From contig NC_135759.1 in assembly GCF_052425735.1 (NCBI RefSeq), positions 32,054,001-32,118,000 on the forward strand: a stretch of DNA of 64,000 nucleotides, written 5' to 3'. Positions 1 to 11,613 of this stretch are shown piece by piece. Both the position numbers and the translations under genes were made by a program. Every line of letters begins with the position of its first letter. Position 1 is the first letter of the stretch. The DNA is from Oculina patagonica (Eukaryota). The notes beneath the pieces were generated by a model, which saw only the letters and a list, made by a program, of their open reading frames with translations, made no database searches and was not told where the DNA came from.

Positions 1-3000
1 CCTTTTGTGGTTGTCGTTGTATTTGCTGCTGTTGGAATATAGTTTGACCATAAACGCCAGGAAATGTTGCTGAAAGAAATGATACCATGTATTAAACTGG
101 AAAGGCTAAGTAAAGTCTGCAGTTGGGTCAAAGTGGTCTACAGTACATTGCTAGAACCTATCTTGGCTTCCATAGCATGATGTGACTAGGAGTACTGCAA
201 CTCACTTTGGATTGGGGAGTAGGATACTTGAATGAACTTAACATTGTTATGCACAATTGAAAAGTTGAAGCCAAAGCAAAGTTGAAAAGAGACAATTATC
301 ATAATAAATTTACTGAACTAACTACAAGTAGTTTGGTTCATAAGGCAAAACTGAAAAACTTGTTATTGGACCTCATCTTCAGCTCAGTCAACAAAAGTTT
401 TAAAAAAGGACCTCAACCAACATTTCTGCTACAAAGTCATCAGGTAAGGTAGGTTAAGTCTGCATTCGAGCCTACTGGCCCATCAGGCTGGAGCTTTTCC
501 CAGTTTCCAGAGCATGAAGCAAATAGGAGTATTTTTACTCCCCCCTGAATGGGACGCTAGTCTATCGCAGGTTTACCTCCAGCATTAAATTTGCCAGTAT
601 CTGTTTATAGACCTGGGTGAAGTAAGGCACTGAGAGTAAAGTGTCTTGCCCAAGAACACAACACAGTGTCCCTGGCCAGGGCTCGAACCCGGACACCTCA
701 ATCCAGAGTCCAGCGCACTAACCATTAGGCCACCCACAAAGCCCTCAGACTGCCTCCATAACATCTTTGTATACTTTCTTACCATTGTACTGCTGTATTC
801 CAGAGTATGCCTGAGTAAGCGCATCTCCAGTCTGTATGTTACCACCAACACTAGTTACACCAGCGACATTACTGAGTCCAGGAATTCCCATACCAAGGGC
901 ACCAGCCCCCATTGTATTAAGATTACCAACACCCATCCCAGACATGTTCATACCTAGAGTAAAGCAAGTTCTAGTGTTACAAGTAATGAAATGAACATGC
1001 AATAATAAAAAAAGAAAAACGTTTTAATCAATATGCAGATGAAGGTCACACAAACTTGGAGATTTTTTCATTGAATTTTACAACATTTATGAAGGAAGAA
1101 AAAAGGGATGGGGGATAAGTGGATTTATAACACACAGGAGAAAAATGAAGACTTCAAAAGATTGAAATATTATTTTTAATTCTTAACATATAACAACCGA
1201 TACAATGCAAATCTTTTATTTCAAAACCTAAAAACTGACAGGTAGCAAGATTGAGGGTTCAATTTCTCGTGTGTAAAAGTGTTTTATTGCTCATGTTTTG
1301 TGGAATTTGAGATTAATCCACATCAAAATTGGAGGAAAGAAAAATTTAAACAGAAAAACCTCACCAAAAAGTTAAAAAAACTGAAATCAAAATCTTCACT
1401 TCTACTGGACTAGCGTTATCGTGCTTTGCACAGCCCAGCCCTAGACTTTGCCTGGATAATTAGGTACACAACATCCACACCTCTACAAGATTTCAAGTTG
1501 TGCATGAATCACCAATACTAAACTGATCATAGTTCTTACCAAGGCCAGTCATTCCTGGAACACCTTGTACTCCTATCATAGAAGAAGTGTTGGTAGCACC
1601 ACCTGCAGATAAGGCATTACTGTTCACTAAACCAGCTGTTCCTCCTACGATGTTATTCTGTGATGATACTGATTGCTGTACTGCTTGGTGCTGTTGCTGT
1701 TGTGCGGCGAGCACTGAAGCAGCTACAAGAGCACCCATCGTTCCAGGAGCCATAGCTAAAGCAAGCACAAAATGACAGACAGTTAATGACAAAGTCAAAT
1801 TAAATCTCAATGAAAACTGGCAATGATAAATCAACAACTTTAACGTCAACCAATTTGAAGACACAAGGAATGGAATGAGTTTAAAGCCAAACCTCTCCAC
1901 AATTGCCACCCTGACACAGAATTTACCCTTCCCCAATATCTCCAAATACAAATTGTTCTGACTGATCTCCATACATTTTCTTATGTTAGTTGGGAGAAAC
2001 TATTGAAATATCAGAGCAATTTTTTATTATTTTTATTTATTCTCATAACCTTTTTTTTTCTTTGATGAAGTTTTGATATTGTGAGGAGAAATTTGATGTT
2101 GGTCACCCTTTGGACTTGAAGAGTTTACGCTTTACATAAAGGTGGCTGTTCATTTCAGGAGGTCAGCTTACTATTGACTGGTACTGCACCAAGAGCTATA
2201 TAAGAGTCATGTAATTTATTTACCTGGTCCTGTGACACCTGGGATGACATTGAAACCAGATTGGATTGCTGCTGATGGGTTACTAGTTTGCTGTTGAAGA
2301 AACTATTAATTATCAAACATGAGCGAACAAGACTCGAGTCACCAACTTCCTCAAGTTCACACCTTTGCATTTGAACTAACAACACTGTGATTAAATAATA
2401 AAGATAAGATGTTCTACATGACACGAGCATGGGACAAAGAAAAATTCTGAGTCCCCGACGGGAATCGAACCCATGGCCTCCCAGATACCAGTTGGGCGCT
2501 CTAACCAACTGAGCTACGAGAGACTCGTTGTGAGCTAGGGCCATTTTTACTAGGTTGATATGTGACGCGTCCTGCATACTGCTAGGATCAGCAATGTCAA
2601 ATTCATCAAGTTTTGTAGTAAATAATAAAGATGGTAAATTTAAGCTCGGTAATAAATATCTTTATTATTCTTTATTATTTACAACACTGTGATTGTTCAT
2701 TTACCTTTGTACCATACACATAATTTCATGCCTCACTGCCAAAAGATTTTCCAAAAATATGTTGGTCCTCGCATGTACATGTAGTTTTCTTAGCTGCAGG
2801 TATTTGCCAACCAGTAGCTTTCTATTTGTCAGAACTGGCCAGCTGGTCTGGTGGTTAAATGGGCCTTTTACACGAGATTGTCCCACAAGTCCACCATAAC
2901 AATGTATAATATTTACATTTTGACAGGACAAATCTGACTAACAACAAAATTCTGTTCTCGGATATACATGTACCGGCCTAGCCCGCCAGTTCTGACAACT

Positions 3001-6000
3001 GGAAAGCGCTCTCAAACACCATGGCGAGACCTCAGATGTAACAGACCTAGGCCTGTTTAGTAAAATTTAATAATTAAGTGCTTCTTTCTCACCTGTTGAC
3101 AGGCAGCATTGTAATTTGCATGTTGAAAATAAGGAAATCCCATTCCTAATCCAATGTTCATGCCCATACCACCAAGAGCTACCATCTGCTGCATTTTCTT
3201 TTGAAGCTTTTCTTTTTCAGTATCTGCAAACTTAACAACTATAGGTGACGGGCAGCCCTGAAAAAGAAACAGCAATTAAACAGCGATTAGCCTATGAAAA
3301 TTCGATTAGCCTATGAAAACTCAAGAAATGTCCAAGATTTGACCCAAACAACTTGAACCAAAAATTCCACGCTGATGATCTAGCTCCACAAATAAATATG
3401 TTGTGTCTCTTTAAGCTCAGTAAGAATCATTTTGAGATGCTACATATTATCAATAGAGAATTTTGAAATCAAAGCTGAGGCATCTACTGGGTAGGAGATG
3501 AACGGAGAATCTGTTCAATCAAGCTTAAGTTCAGGCTAATTGATAAGTTTCAAAGCAACTCTTCAGACTTGCCATGGCATTCTAGAGAAACAGAAAATAA
3601 ATTGTAACAACAAACCTCCATTGTAGTACTGTTGTGCATCTCCGCAATCGCATTTTGAGCCTGCATTCTTGTTGGGAACTTTAAAAAGGCACAACCTAAA
3701 AAAATCATGACAGTTTTAGATAACTGCTTAATAATATTTAGTTTCTGAGGATTTGTATAATACATTTCACATCCTAAAACAAACAAATCACTTTTACAGA
3801 TATAACAAACCTCTACTTTTGCCATCGCTATCTTTTAAAATTGTCAACTCTTCTATTGTACCAAATGGGGAGAACATCATCCTTAGGTCATCCTCTGTCG
3901 CTTTTTTTGATATCATGCCAATGAACAGTTTACGGTCCTCTGTAAAACAACAGCAACAACAAAATAAAATATGAATAGAACAACAGGGACTAAAAGCTAA
4001 AGTTGTTACTCAGAGTTTGATGGAACCCAAAGATTATATAATTTATTTGAATCCAGTGTGCAAAGAAAGTTCTGTCCGATAGCCTGGCTTTGACTTTCGA
4101 CCTTTACCCCATTGGGGAAAATAGGCCATTGGTCGACAGCCTGAGGCTAGTAGATTTTTCTGTTGGGCAAGTGGATTATATTCATCCCCTGCTTGATGGG
4201 CAAGTAATGTAATTGGACATTTGTTTGTCAGCAGATGAAGGAGGCTATTGAAAAAAGCCTTTGGGCTAGTACACAGTGGCTTCAACTTGCCCAAAGGACA
4301 ATGTAGAAAATCTATTTTCTTTGCACCCAGTTAAAAATATATTGTAATTATTTTTGTCATCTGTCTGCTGATAATGTACTGGTTAATTTATAAAGACAAA
4401 TAAGATCTTGATCACTCTGGGAAACACAGTGTTTTTCATTATATCAAGAACTTGAGAGGCATTAATAAGATTGTCTTACCTAAGGTCAATACGACCAAGT
4501 ATGGACTGAAGTCTGTAAGATACTGGGCGGCGAACGCCTGGAATCAACTGCCAGACCGAGTAAGAACATTTGCTACACTACAGGCCTTNNNNNNNNNNNN
4601 NNNNNNNNNNNNNNNNNNNNNNNNNNNNNNNNNNNNNNNNNNNNNNNNNNNNNNNNNNNNNNNNNNNNNNNNNNNNNNNNNNNNNNNNNNNNNNNNNNNN
4701 NNNNNNNNNNNNNNNNNNNNNNNNNNNNNNNNNNNNNNNNNNNNNNNNNNNNNNNNNNNNNNNNNNNNNNNNNNNNNNNNNNNNNNNNNNNNNNNNNNGA
4801 CCTATGCTTGTCACTTTAAGGAGGCAGCATGGCTGAGTGGTTTAGGACGCTGGTGTTGTAATCCGGAGTTCCCGAGTTCAAACCCTCAGTCCCGCTTTGT
4901 ATATAACCAACTGGCCTTCCTTCTGCTAGTTGGGATTTTCAACTATGTTATGTTCATTTAAAATATTTGATTCCTCTGTTCAAGTGGCATGCCTGTAAAC
5001 TAGCTATCTCAAAGGGATGTGAAGCTAAGTGCATCACCACTATAAACAACATTTACATTTTTTTTTTACTTTCATAACTTGTCAACAAATGGTTTATAAT
5101 TCAGTTACTGAAGGTGTACAACTATTTCCAAAATTTTGTACTTCCATTGTCAGTGCATAGTTAGTGCCCAGCTCAAAACACGTCTAACTCACCAGAACTT
5201 TCCAACCCTAATGCCCAATGTCACATCATACAGTTGCCATAATTTGAAAAATAAAATTTACAACAACAAGTAAGCAGACTGTCTGCTGCACAGCAGCAAG
5301 GTAGTCTGTGACACCTGGTTTAAAGTTTTGAAAGTTTAAGTGTTGCTCCTCCTAAAGTGTCCACAATATTAAGATTTTCTCTTTTGTCTGTTAATCAATT
5401 TGAAACTTCAACAATCCCATCCATGGACAAGCCCTTGATGTTCAACACCAAGGGACGCCTAGTAGAGAGAGAAGGAATTGGCATCTCTCATCTTCAAATT
5501 TAAGAGATTGTGGACAAATGATGAGTGCCTCAATTTAATTTTTACATCTGACCAGCAGAAAATAATAACAAAAAATAACAACAATTAATAAATCCCCAAG
5601 CAGGAGATAACCCAAGGGAAAAAAGGATGTTGAATTTTCAATCTGATTGCCATATACTTTTTTACTTTAAATACTTTTGCAGAACCTTTTTGGAACGCAG
5701 TCAAAATTTAAGACATCGCAGCAGGGTACTAAGATTAAGTCAGATAGGATTACTACTAAACATGTTTGCGTGATTTATTCAGTATCAACACATTACTATC
5801 ACAAAATTTCTCAACTCACCAGATCTAGATTCACCCTCTGCTGGTTTAACTTGCATCGCATTTGGCATCTGTGAGAAAAAGAAAAAGAAAATGTGAAATA
5901 TCTCATCTGACACAATCCAGATCAGAAGTCTTGGAACAACAATAAAATGAAGGTCATTTTTAAACAAATTCTGTGTACTTTCTTTCTATTTGCCTCTCCT

Positions 6001-7464
6001 ATCCCACCCTCTTTCAGGGAAATATCGCAATACCATGTCAGGAACTGTAGGACAGGTGCATTTTTGAAAAAGGGAGTGTGGGCAGTTCTAAAAAAAAATC
6101 TGAATGCAAAGAAAGAGATAAACAAAAAACACTTTTTTGCATACTATATAGTACCTTGACAACTTTTGTTTCGGGGTGTGTAAACTAAATATTATTTTGA
6201 ATAAGGCTTCTATTTACACTACAAATGCTTTCTTACCAACTTAAACTGTTTAGGTTATAAACCATCATTTTGTGTTTATGTTAATAGGTCTAACCCAGCA
6301 CCTGCCTCATAAGACTAAAATAATTTGAAAAACAAGTTGAACTAAATAGCATATAGTTTTTTGACAATTCAAGGTTAATGATATAAATTGACCACAGTTT
6401 TAGATTTAAATAGCCCGTACTTTGTCTTAATATGGAGAAAGAAGACCTGAAATATCAGCTGTTCAATTTTGAAACAAGGGTTATTAATTTACCTTGCCTA
6501 AAGTTCGCCCCCAACTTATAACAAATTCCCTTCAATTTATACATGTTGCTGCAATTTCCCTGAACTCATATAGCCTGCAATATTTCATGCCTGCTGATGC
6601 AACTAATCTTGCTCCAGTTGGTCTAGAACTTATCAAGAAAAAGACCAATACAACATTATTCAAATTTCGTTCCACCAATATACACAAGCAACAGGAAACT
6701 CTTGGAATATCCGCGATTTCATGGGCAAACAGACTTTTATCTCGATCCTTATCACACCTTTCTACGATAAGGAAAATACTACCGACACTAGCTGATTTTT
6801 CGCTTAATTTTAAAATCCAGTTTAAGAAGATCAAACGTTGTTGAACTATTGTTATGACTCCAGACACAACATGGATTTCCAGACGAAACCGATAGCAAAG
6901 GCAACGTGGTTTCAAAGACATCAATGCCAACCCAAGCGGAAACTTTGCAGACAAGTCTTCGAATGTATATAATCTGTGTCGAAGTTCGGCAAGAAACCCA
7001 CTTCCAGATCATGAATTTGTTATTGATCTTGAAGAAAATTTACATTGTAAAATGAAGATTATAAGATTGAATGTTTAATGTACGTTTTGTACGCGTATTT
7101 TACAACGAAACTCTTATACAGTTACTTACCCCTGGTAAGGTCTTCTTTTCGTGTAAGTCCTTTTGCGCCGCAAGGGCAGCTTCGCGAGAACAGAAAGTAA
7201 GAAATGCACAGCCTAAAAACAGGACAAACATCAGATACTGCTAACACAAATAACCGCAAAGAGTATGCTGCAGAAATTACCTTTGTGACTTCTCGTTAAT
7301 CTGTCTCGTAACACAGTTAGCTCGTGGATTTGTCCGTAGCTTTCGAAATAGGGCCTCAGGTTTTTTTCATCCCACGTTCTCGGGACCTGCCCTATGAACA
7401 GCTTGATTGCATCTGCATCTCGCATGGGAATAGTTCCACCGTTGTCCATCGAGGTCATGTCCAT
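1..7464 (-). CDS. CELF: CELF/Bruno-like RNA-binding protein (RRM1, RRM2 and linker; RRM3 beyond left edge), partial
   Basis: Phase-consistent GT-AG exons: 7281-7464, 7130-7212, 5820-5868, 3811-3939, 3616-3695, 3093-3257, 2224-2290, 1540-1755, 783-953, <1-69. Motifs: [58 protein letters not shown]; the linker ends QPQK just before the expected RRM3. The ATG at 7464 is assumed. Confidence 0.93.
445..737 (-). mobile_element. tRNA-derived SINE (family also at 20940-21218 and 46372-46620)
   Basis: Minus strand reads GGTGGCCTAATGGTTAGTGCGCTGGACTC (A box) ... GGTTCGAGCCC (B box), followed by the body TGTGTTGTGTTCTTGGGCAAGACACTTTACTCTCA shared with the other copies. Confidence 0.85.
2393..2680 (-). 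mobile_element. Insertion with central tRNA-like core, short terminal inverted repeats and a 14-bp flanking duplication
   Basis: ACAACACTGTGATT occurs at 2379-2392 and 2681-2694. Ends are AAATAATAAAAGA...TCTTTATTATTT. A tRNA-like segment lies at ~2448-2516 (TAGCTCAGTTGGTTAGAGC ... GGTTCGATTCCC on the minus strand). Confidence 0.75.
4452..4588 (+). mobile_element. LINE (CR1/L2-like) ORF2 C-terminal fragment
   Basis: [26 protein letters not shown] resembles the conserved C-terminal tail of CR1/L2 ORF2. It is truncated by the N gap. Confidence 0.7.
4589..4798. other. Assembly gap (210 N)
   Basis: Run of N. Confidence 1.
4820..4965 (+). mobile_element. Degenerate tRNA-derived SINE (second family)
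   Basis: GCATGGCTGAGTGGTTTAGG A-box-like and GAGTTCAAACCC B-box-like head. Confidence 0.55.
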
Positions 7465-7679
7465 AACAAGGTTAGTTAGGCCAGAAATAAAGAAATAGAA
7501 AGTTTGCAAGAGAAAATTACAGAACCGAAGAAAAATATGGATGACAGACACTACATGTGGGTATCCCAGTGTGCTTTGGGCCTCTAGAACCCATTCCCTT
7601 CACGACGGGGTTTTGAAAAACATCTGAAAAACAAAAAAAAATCCCGCCATTTTCCCGGCTGAAGCTAAGTTTATCTCTC

Positions 7680-10090
7680 AGTACATGTTATTAACTGCGC
7701 TGCGCTCTGCCGCACGGGCTGTCGTGACCGCACCCCCCGTAGCCGTCCGGCGAGCCATGAGAAGGCCGAAGAGAGTGAACGAGAGCTCAGGAACGCGCGC
7801 GGACGCGGAACCAAGGGGAGGTGCGAGACAGTCCTCGATCGCAGACCCGAGTCCCAGCATCAGCACCCGACACAAGGGAGGCGAGCCACGCAACGCAACG
7901 GCAGAACATCACAACTGTGTCCGGAAGTGCGGCGACACCACAAGGCACGATCGCAGATCACGCAATGCCGAGGACGCACACGAGCGGAGGGCGGGCGCGG
8001 CCCGCACAGACCGCGGACGGGAATGGCGCGGAAGATCAAACGTGGTACTGATCGTCACAAAGACGGGAAGTGGGTGTGACCAGCAGACGGCCGCCGGACG
8101 GAAGGGAAGTGGGACGGAGGAGCCCACCACACACAGGCCGGAGGAAACATCGGGCGGAGGGAAAGACACCTCTCATGCGACAGGAGAGCGAAAGCGTGAG
8201 AGCCAGGGACGGCCACGAGGGTCGAGGGGGACATGTGGCGCGAGCAGCCCCGAGACCAGCAACAACGCCCCGACGGCACAGGGCCGAACAGACGCAGCAT
8301 CACAGGCGAGAGAACAGTCGCGACGACCGGGACCGCAGACAGCGCGAAACGCGCTGCGACGTGATCAGGCAGGAGGAGCAGACGACAACCCAGCCCACAC
8401 AAAGACCGACCAGCCCCGAAGGAACCGAGGAGGACCAAGCGGAACACACGAAGCGGAACCGAGAACGAAGCACCACAGACCACGCACCTCGCAGCAAGAC
8501 GAAGTCGAGTACCAGGCCCCTCGAGACGGAGAGGGAAGAGGGAGAGAGGCGACCCCACCGCCACCGGAACGAACGAGACTGCGGACGAGCCGTAGCGCGT
8601 CCGAGACCCAGCAAACGAGGAGCCGGTCGCCATGTCCACGCGCAGACCCCAAGCGACAGAACGGCACGCCGACACAAGAGCGGGAGAAGCAAGGACCAGA
8701 CGCAGCACAAACACCGAGCACCAGCCGAAGCAGCCCGTCGTGGCCACCCCGACGCGCGCGCATGCCCCCGCCCACGGCTCCCGCACAAGAGGAACGACAG
8801 CGGGAGCGGCCAGAGATCGAGAGCCAGAGAAAGGACGCAGGGGGAGCAGTGGAACGGGGAACAGACGGGACGAGGAACGGGAACCGGAGGGGAACGAGGA
8901 CAGCGGATCCGAAGAGAAAATGGCGGACAAGGACAGAAACAAGGCCAGCCAGACCCGACGGCCCCCAGGGAAGCCGCCGCGACCGCAGAGAGCGAGAGGA
9001 GAGCCGCGGGCCCCGCGCGGACGGCGAGGAAGCCGACGAAAAGCACAAAGGAGAGCAAGCGTCCACTACAGCTGGGAGACAGGAGGAACCTAGCGGACAA
9101 GCAATGCGTCCGATCGATCAACGGAGCCCGGCCGACACGGGAGCGAGCCCGCAGAGCAAGCCACACCGACAAAACGCGAGCCCAGGGACCAGGAGACCCC
9201 CCCACGAGCCACGCGCCCGAGCCAGAGCGGGCGCGACGGGTAGTTGATGGTAGAAGGTTCTGGGAAGAGAGAAAGTGGAGGGAGAGTGTGAGGACTCAGA
9301 TTGAAGTGGAGGATGGAAGAAGAATTCTCTGTGCAACAGCAGCTCAGATGGATGAAGGGAGTGAGAGAAGAGATGCGGTAGCGAAAAGTGGAAGAGAAGG
9401 CGGAGAAGAAGATGGTGGAAGTGGTAGAGTATGGGGAAAAAAGTGTCACAATCAGGTTGCTACTGTGAAGTGAGAGAAACAGTGCCCGAACTGAAACAAG
9501 CAGAGAGTGACTATTTCGAGAGAAATGTTAACCTTCGTGTTGTCGCATGACTAGGAGCTGACACTCGTCAGACTGCGGTCGTTCCGGTCGTTCCCGGTTC
9601 CCGGTTCCCCGTTACCACTTTAGTAGATGGGAGAGAGAGGAAGAGGGGTTGTAAAGTTGAGGAGAGAATGAGAGAAAGAAAATAGGTGAAAGGAGTGGAT
9701 GGGTGGGGAATGCTAAGGAGGAGTTGAAACTAGAGATTCTGGAAAAAAGGAAGAGAATAATAATATGACGTAGTTGAAGGGGGAGCTAAAAATGCTCGAT
9801 GAAATGAAGTGAAGTGTGAGGAAACATCAAAGTATGGGTGGAGAAAGGAAAAGTAGCTAAATAGAGTCGCTAAAGTGATGAATTAATGTGAAATGAAAAG
9901 AGGAAGAGTTGAAAAAAAAAAGAGTGTTTAGTTGTAATATTGAGCTGATAAGAAAAGAAAATGGAAAAGAGAGGATAGGAGGAAAAATTGGCACAAGAAA
10001 AGAAAAATGTGGATGGAAGTAACAGAAAGAGAAGGTGCCTACATTTTGAGTCGAAATGACGAGGAAGGGGAAAGGGGAGGGGGGTGTTGT
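7680..10090. other. Compositionally anomalous T-depleted, purine-rich block (probable low-quality long-read sequence)
   Basis: Abrupt switch to GC-rich, nearly T-free + strand (7740-9240), then A/G-rich sequence (9240-10090). Long ORFs occur in most frames with no recognisable protein. Confidence 0.6.
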
Positions 10091-10731
10091 CCCCGGCCAA
10101 AGGCTAGAGACCAGCGCAGTTGTAAGCTCTAAGAGCTCTTGTTATCTTTTAGACTGCAATTCAAAATGCGAGGTTTTCATATAAAACCGCCATACGCAGG
10201 CTAGGATTTTAGCTAGTGGCATGGAACTTCAATCTGCAGATATACCCAATCGGCGCCCCCCCCCCCCCCCCCACCCAATCCATATATTTTCATCTGCCAC
10301 GTTTTATTTGTGACAATTTCGTTCTCCGGATTTCTTAAACAAATGAGATCTTATTTTTCCAGTACAGACCTTATGCATGCATGCTATTCTAGAAAAAAAA
10401 AACAAGCTTTTCGCCGGAGCTCTCAATGACGCCCCCTCCCCCCCCCCCCCCTCCGGATCCATAGCCTGCACATCAGCTGGCGAGTTAGCAAGGAAGATCG
10501 AGAGCGCGAAGCGGAGTGCGAGAAGGAAGAAAACTAAATTTATTTACAACGCCCTCTACTGAATTAGAAGATCTGCATTAGATTCGGTCGTAGCCCCTTG
10601 CTCGGATATTATGGACGTATAGTAAGACGCAATCGGTTCAACTTGTTCCCTTGCAAGAAATAAAATACAAACAGCTGTGAAAAACATAACATATGGACTA
10701 ATCATGGTTTGAAAAAAAGAACCTAAAATTT

Positions 10732-10771
10732 ACTTGACGTTTCGCATGCTACAGCACGCATCTTCAGAAGT
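10732..10771 (-). ncRNA. Minimal type I hammerhead ribozyme motif (Penelope-like element type)
   Basis: Minus strand: ACTT-CTGAAGA-T-GCGTGC-TGTA-GCATGC-GAAA-CG-TC-AAGT. This has the CUGANGA and GAAA cores, a 6-bp stem II, ACTT/AAGT stem I, a palindromic ACGT minimal stem III and a GUC cleavage triplet. Confidence 0.75.
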
Positions 10772-11613
10772 GACGGTCACAAAAAAGCGAAAAAAAATCT
10801 TTGGCGCATTTAGAATGAAGAACCTGCTGCATTCAAAAGTTCATTGGGTATCAGGGATTTCGTCAAAAGAAAACGCTAAGCAGTGATATACTTTTTTGGT
10901 TGTTGTATCAGGCAGACAAGAAAGGAGGCATGGGCTGCAGCTGAGGATGGGAGATGCTGAAGACCATTTTGCCACAAAAAAAAAACTTACCCGCATTAAT
11001 AAATAATTGTCATCAACAGCAGCTATAATAACCAACTATTATATTTGTTGACAAGTTCTAAGTTTACCATTTAACTCGTCGTTTTGTTTGGTTATTGAGT
11101 GCTTTTCGTTTAAAGGCAAAAACTAATGAAAGGTAACGATATATAAAAAATCATATTTCTGCTTAGACCCTGTTAGTATGTTTCAACACGTATACCTTGG
11201 CAAAGTCACAAACAAGCACATTAAAATTTAATTCTCATTACAAAAAATTTTGCTTAATAGCTGGTAAAAGCTGGTACATCAGTAATAAGAGTATTTCAGC
11301 AATCATTAGGTTGCCTAGTTACAAACCATTTCTGAAACATCAGTTCGCGTTTACTGATCGAAACCATTCTCCGCTTTATATAGTCTGATTAAGGATATTT
11401 TTCTGTTTGTAATAAAAACATTTTTTAGAGTTGTTTACTGAAGAAAAATGTTTAGGTGTGACTATTTTGACGACTTAACACTTAATTGAAACTTCCAGAA
11501 AACGCACTGTTACTTTAAACGTAACTCAGTAATTGATACCGATTATTTTAAGAAACAAAGGTTCAGGGTTACTTAAATTGAAATTTTATTTCGAAGGAAA
11601 CCGAGTAGAAGTG

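Noticed and set aside
2448-2516. Functional tRNA-Thr(GGT) gene
   Set aside because: Imperfect acceptor and anticodon stems, an anticodon atypical for eukaryotes, and embedded in a duplicated-flank repeat.
4452-4961. ORFs spanning the N run
   Set aside because: Artefacts of the assembly gap.
6494-7012. 116-140 aa ORFs in the CELF intron
   Set aside because: No recognisable domain, and no phase need for an extra CELF exon.
7685-9473. 520-aa and 467-aa ORFs (and overlapping minus-strand ORFs) as genes
   Set aside because: Explained by base composition (few T on +, few A on -, so few stops). Low-complexity R/G/T/P translation with no motifs.
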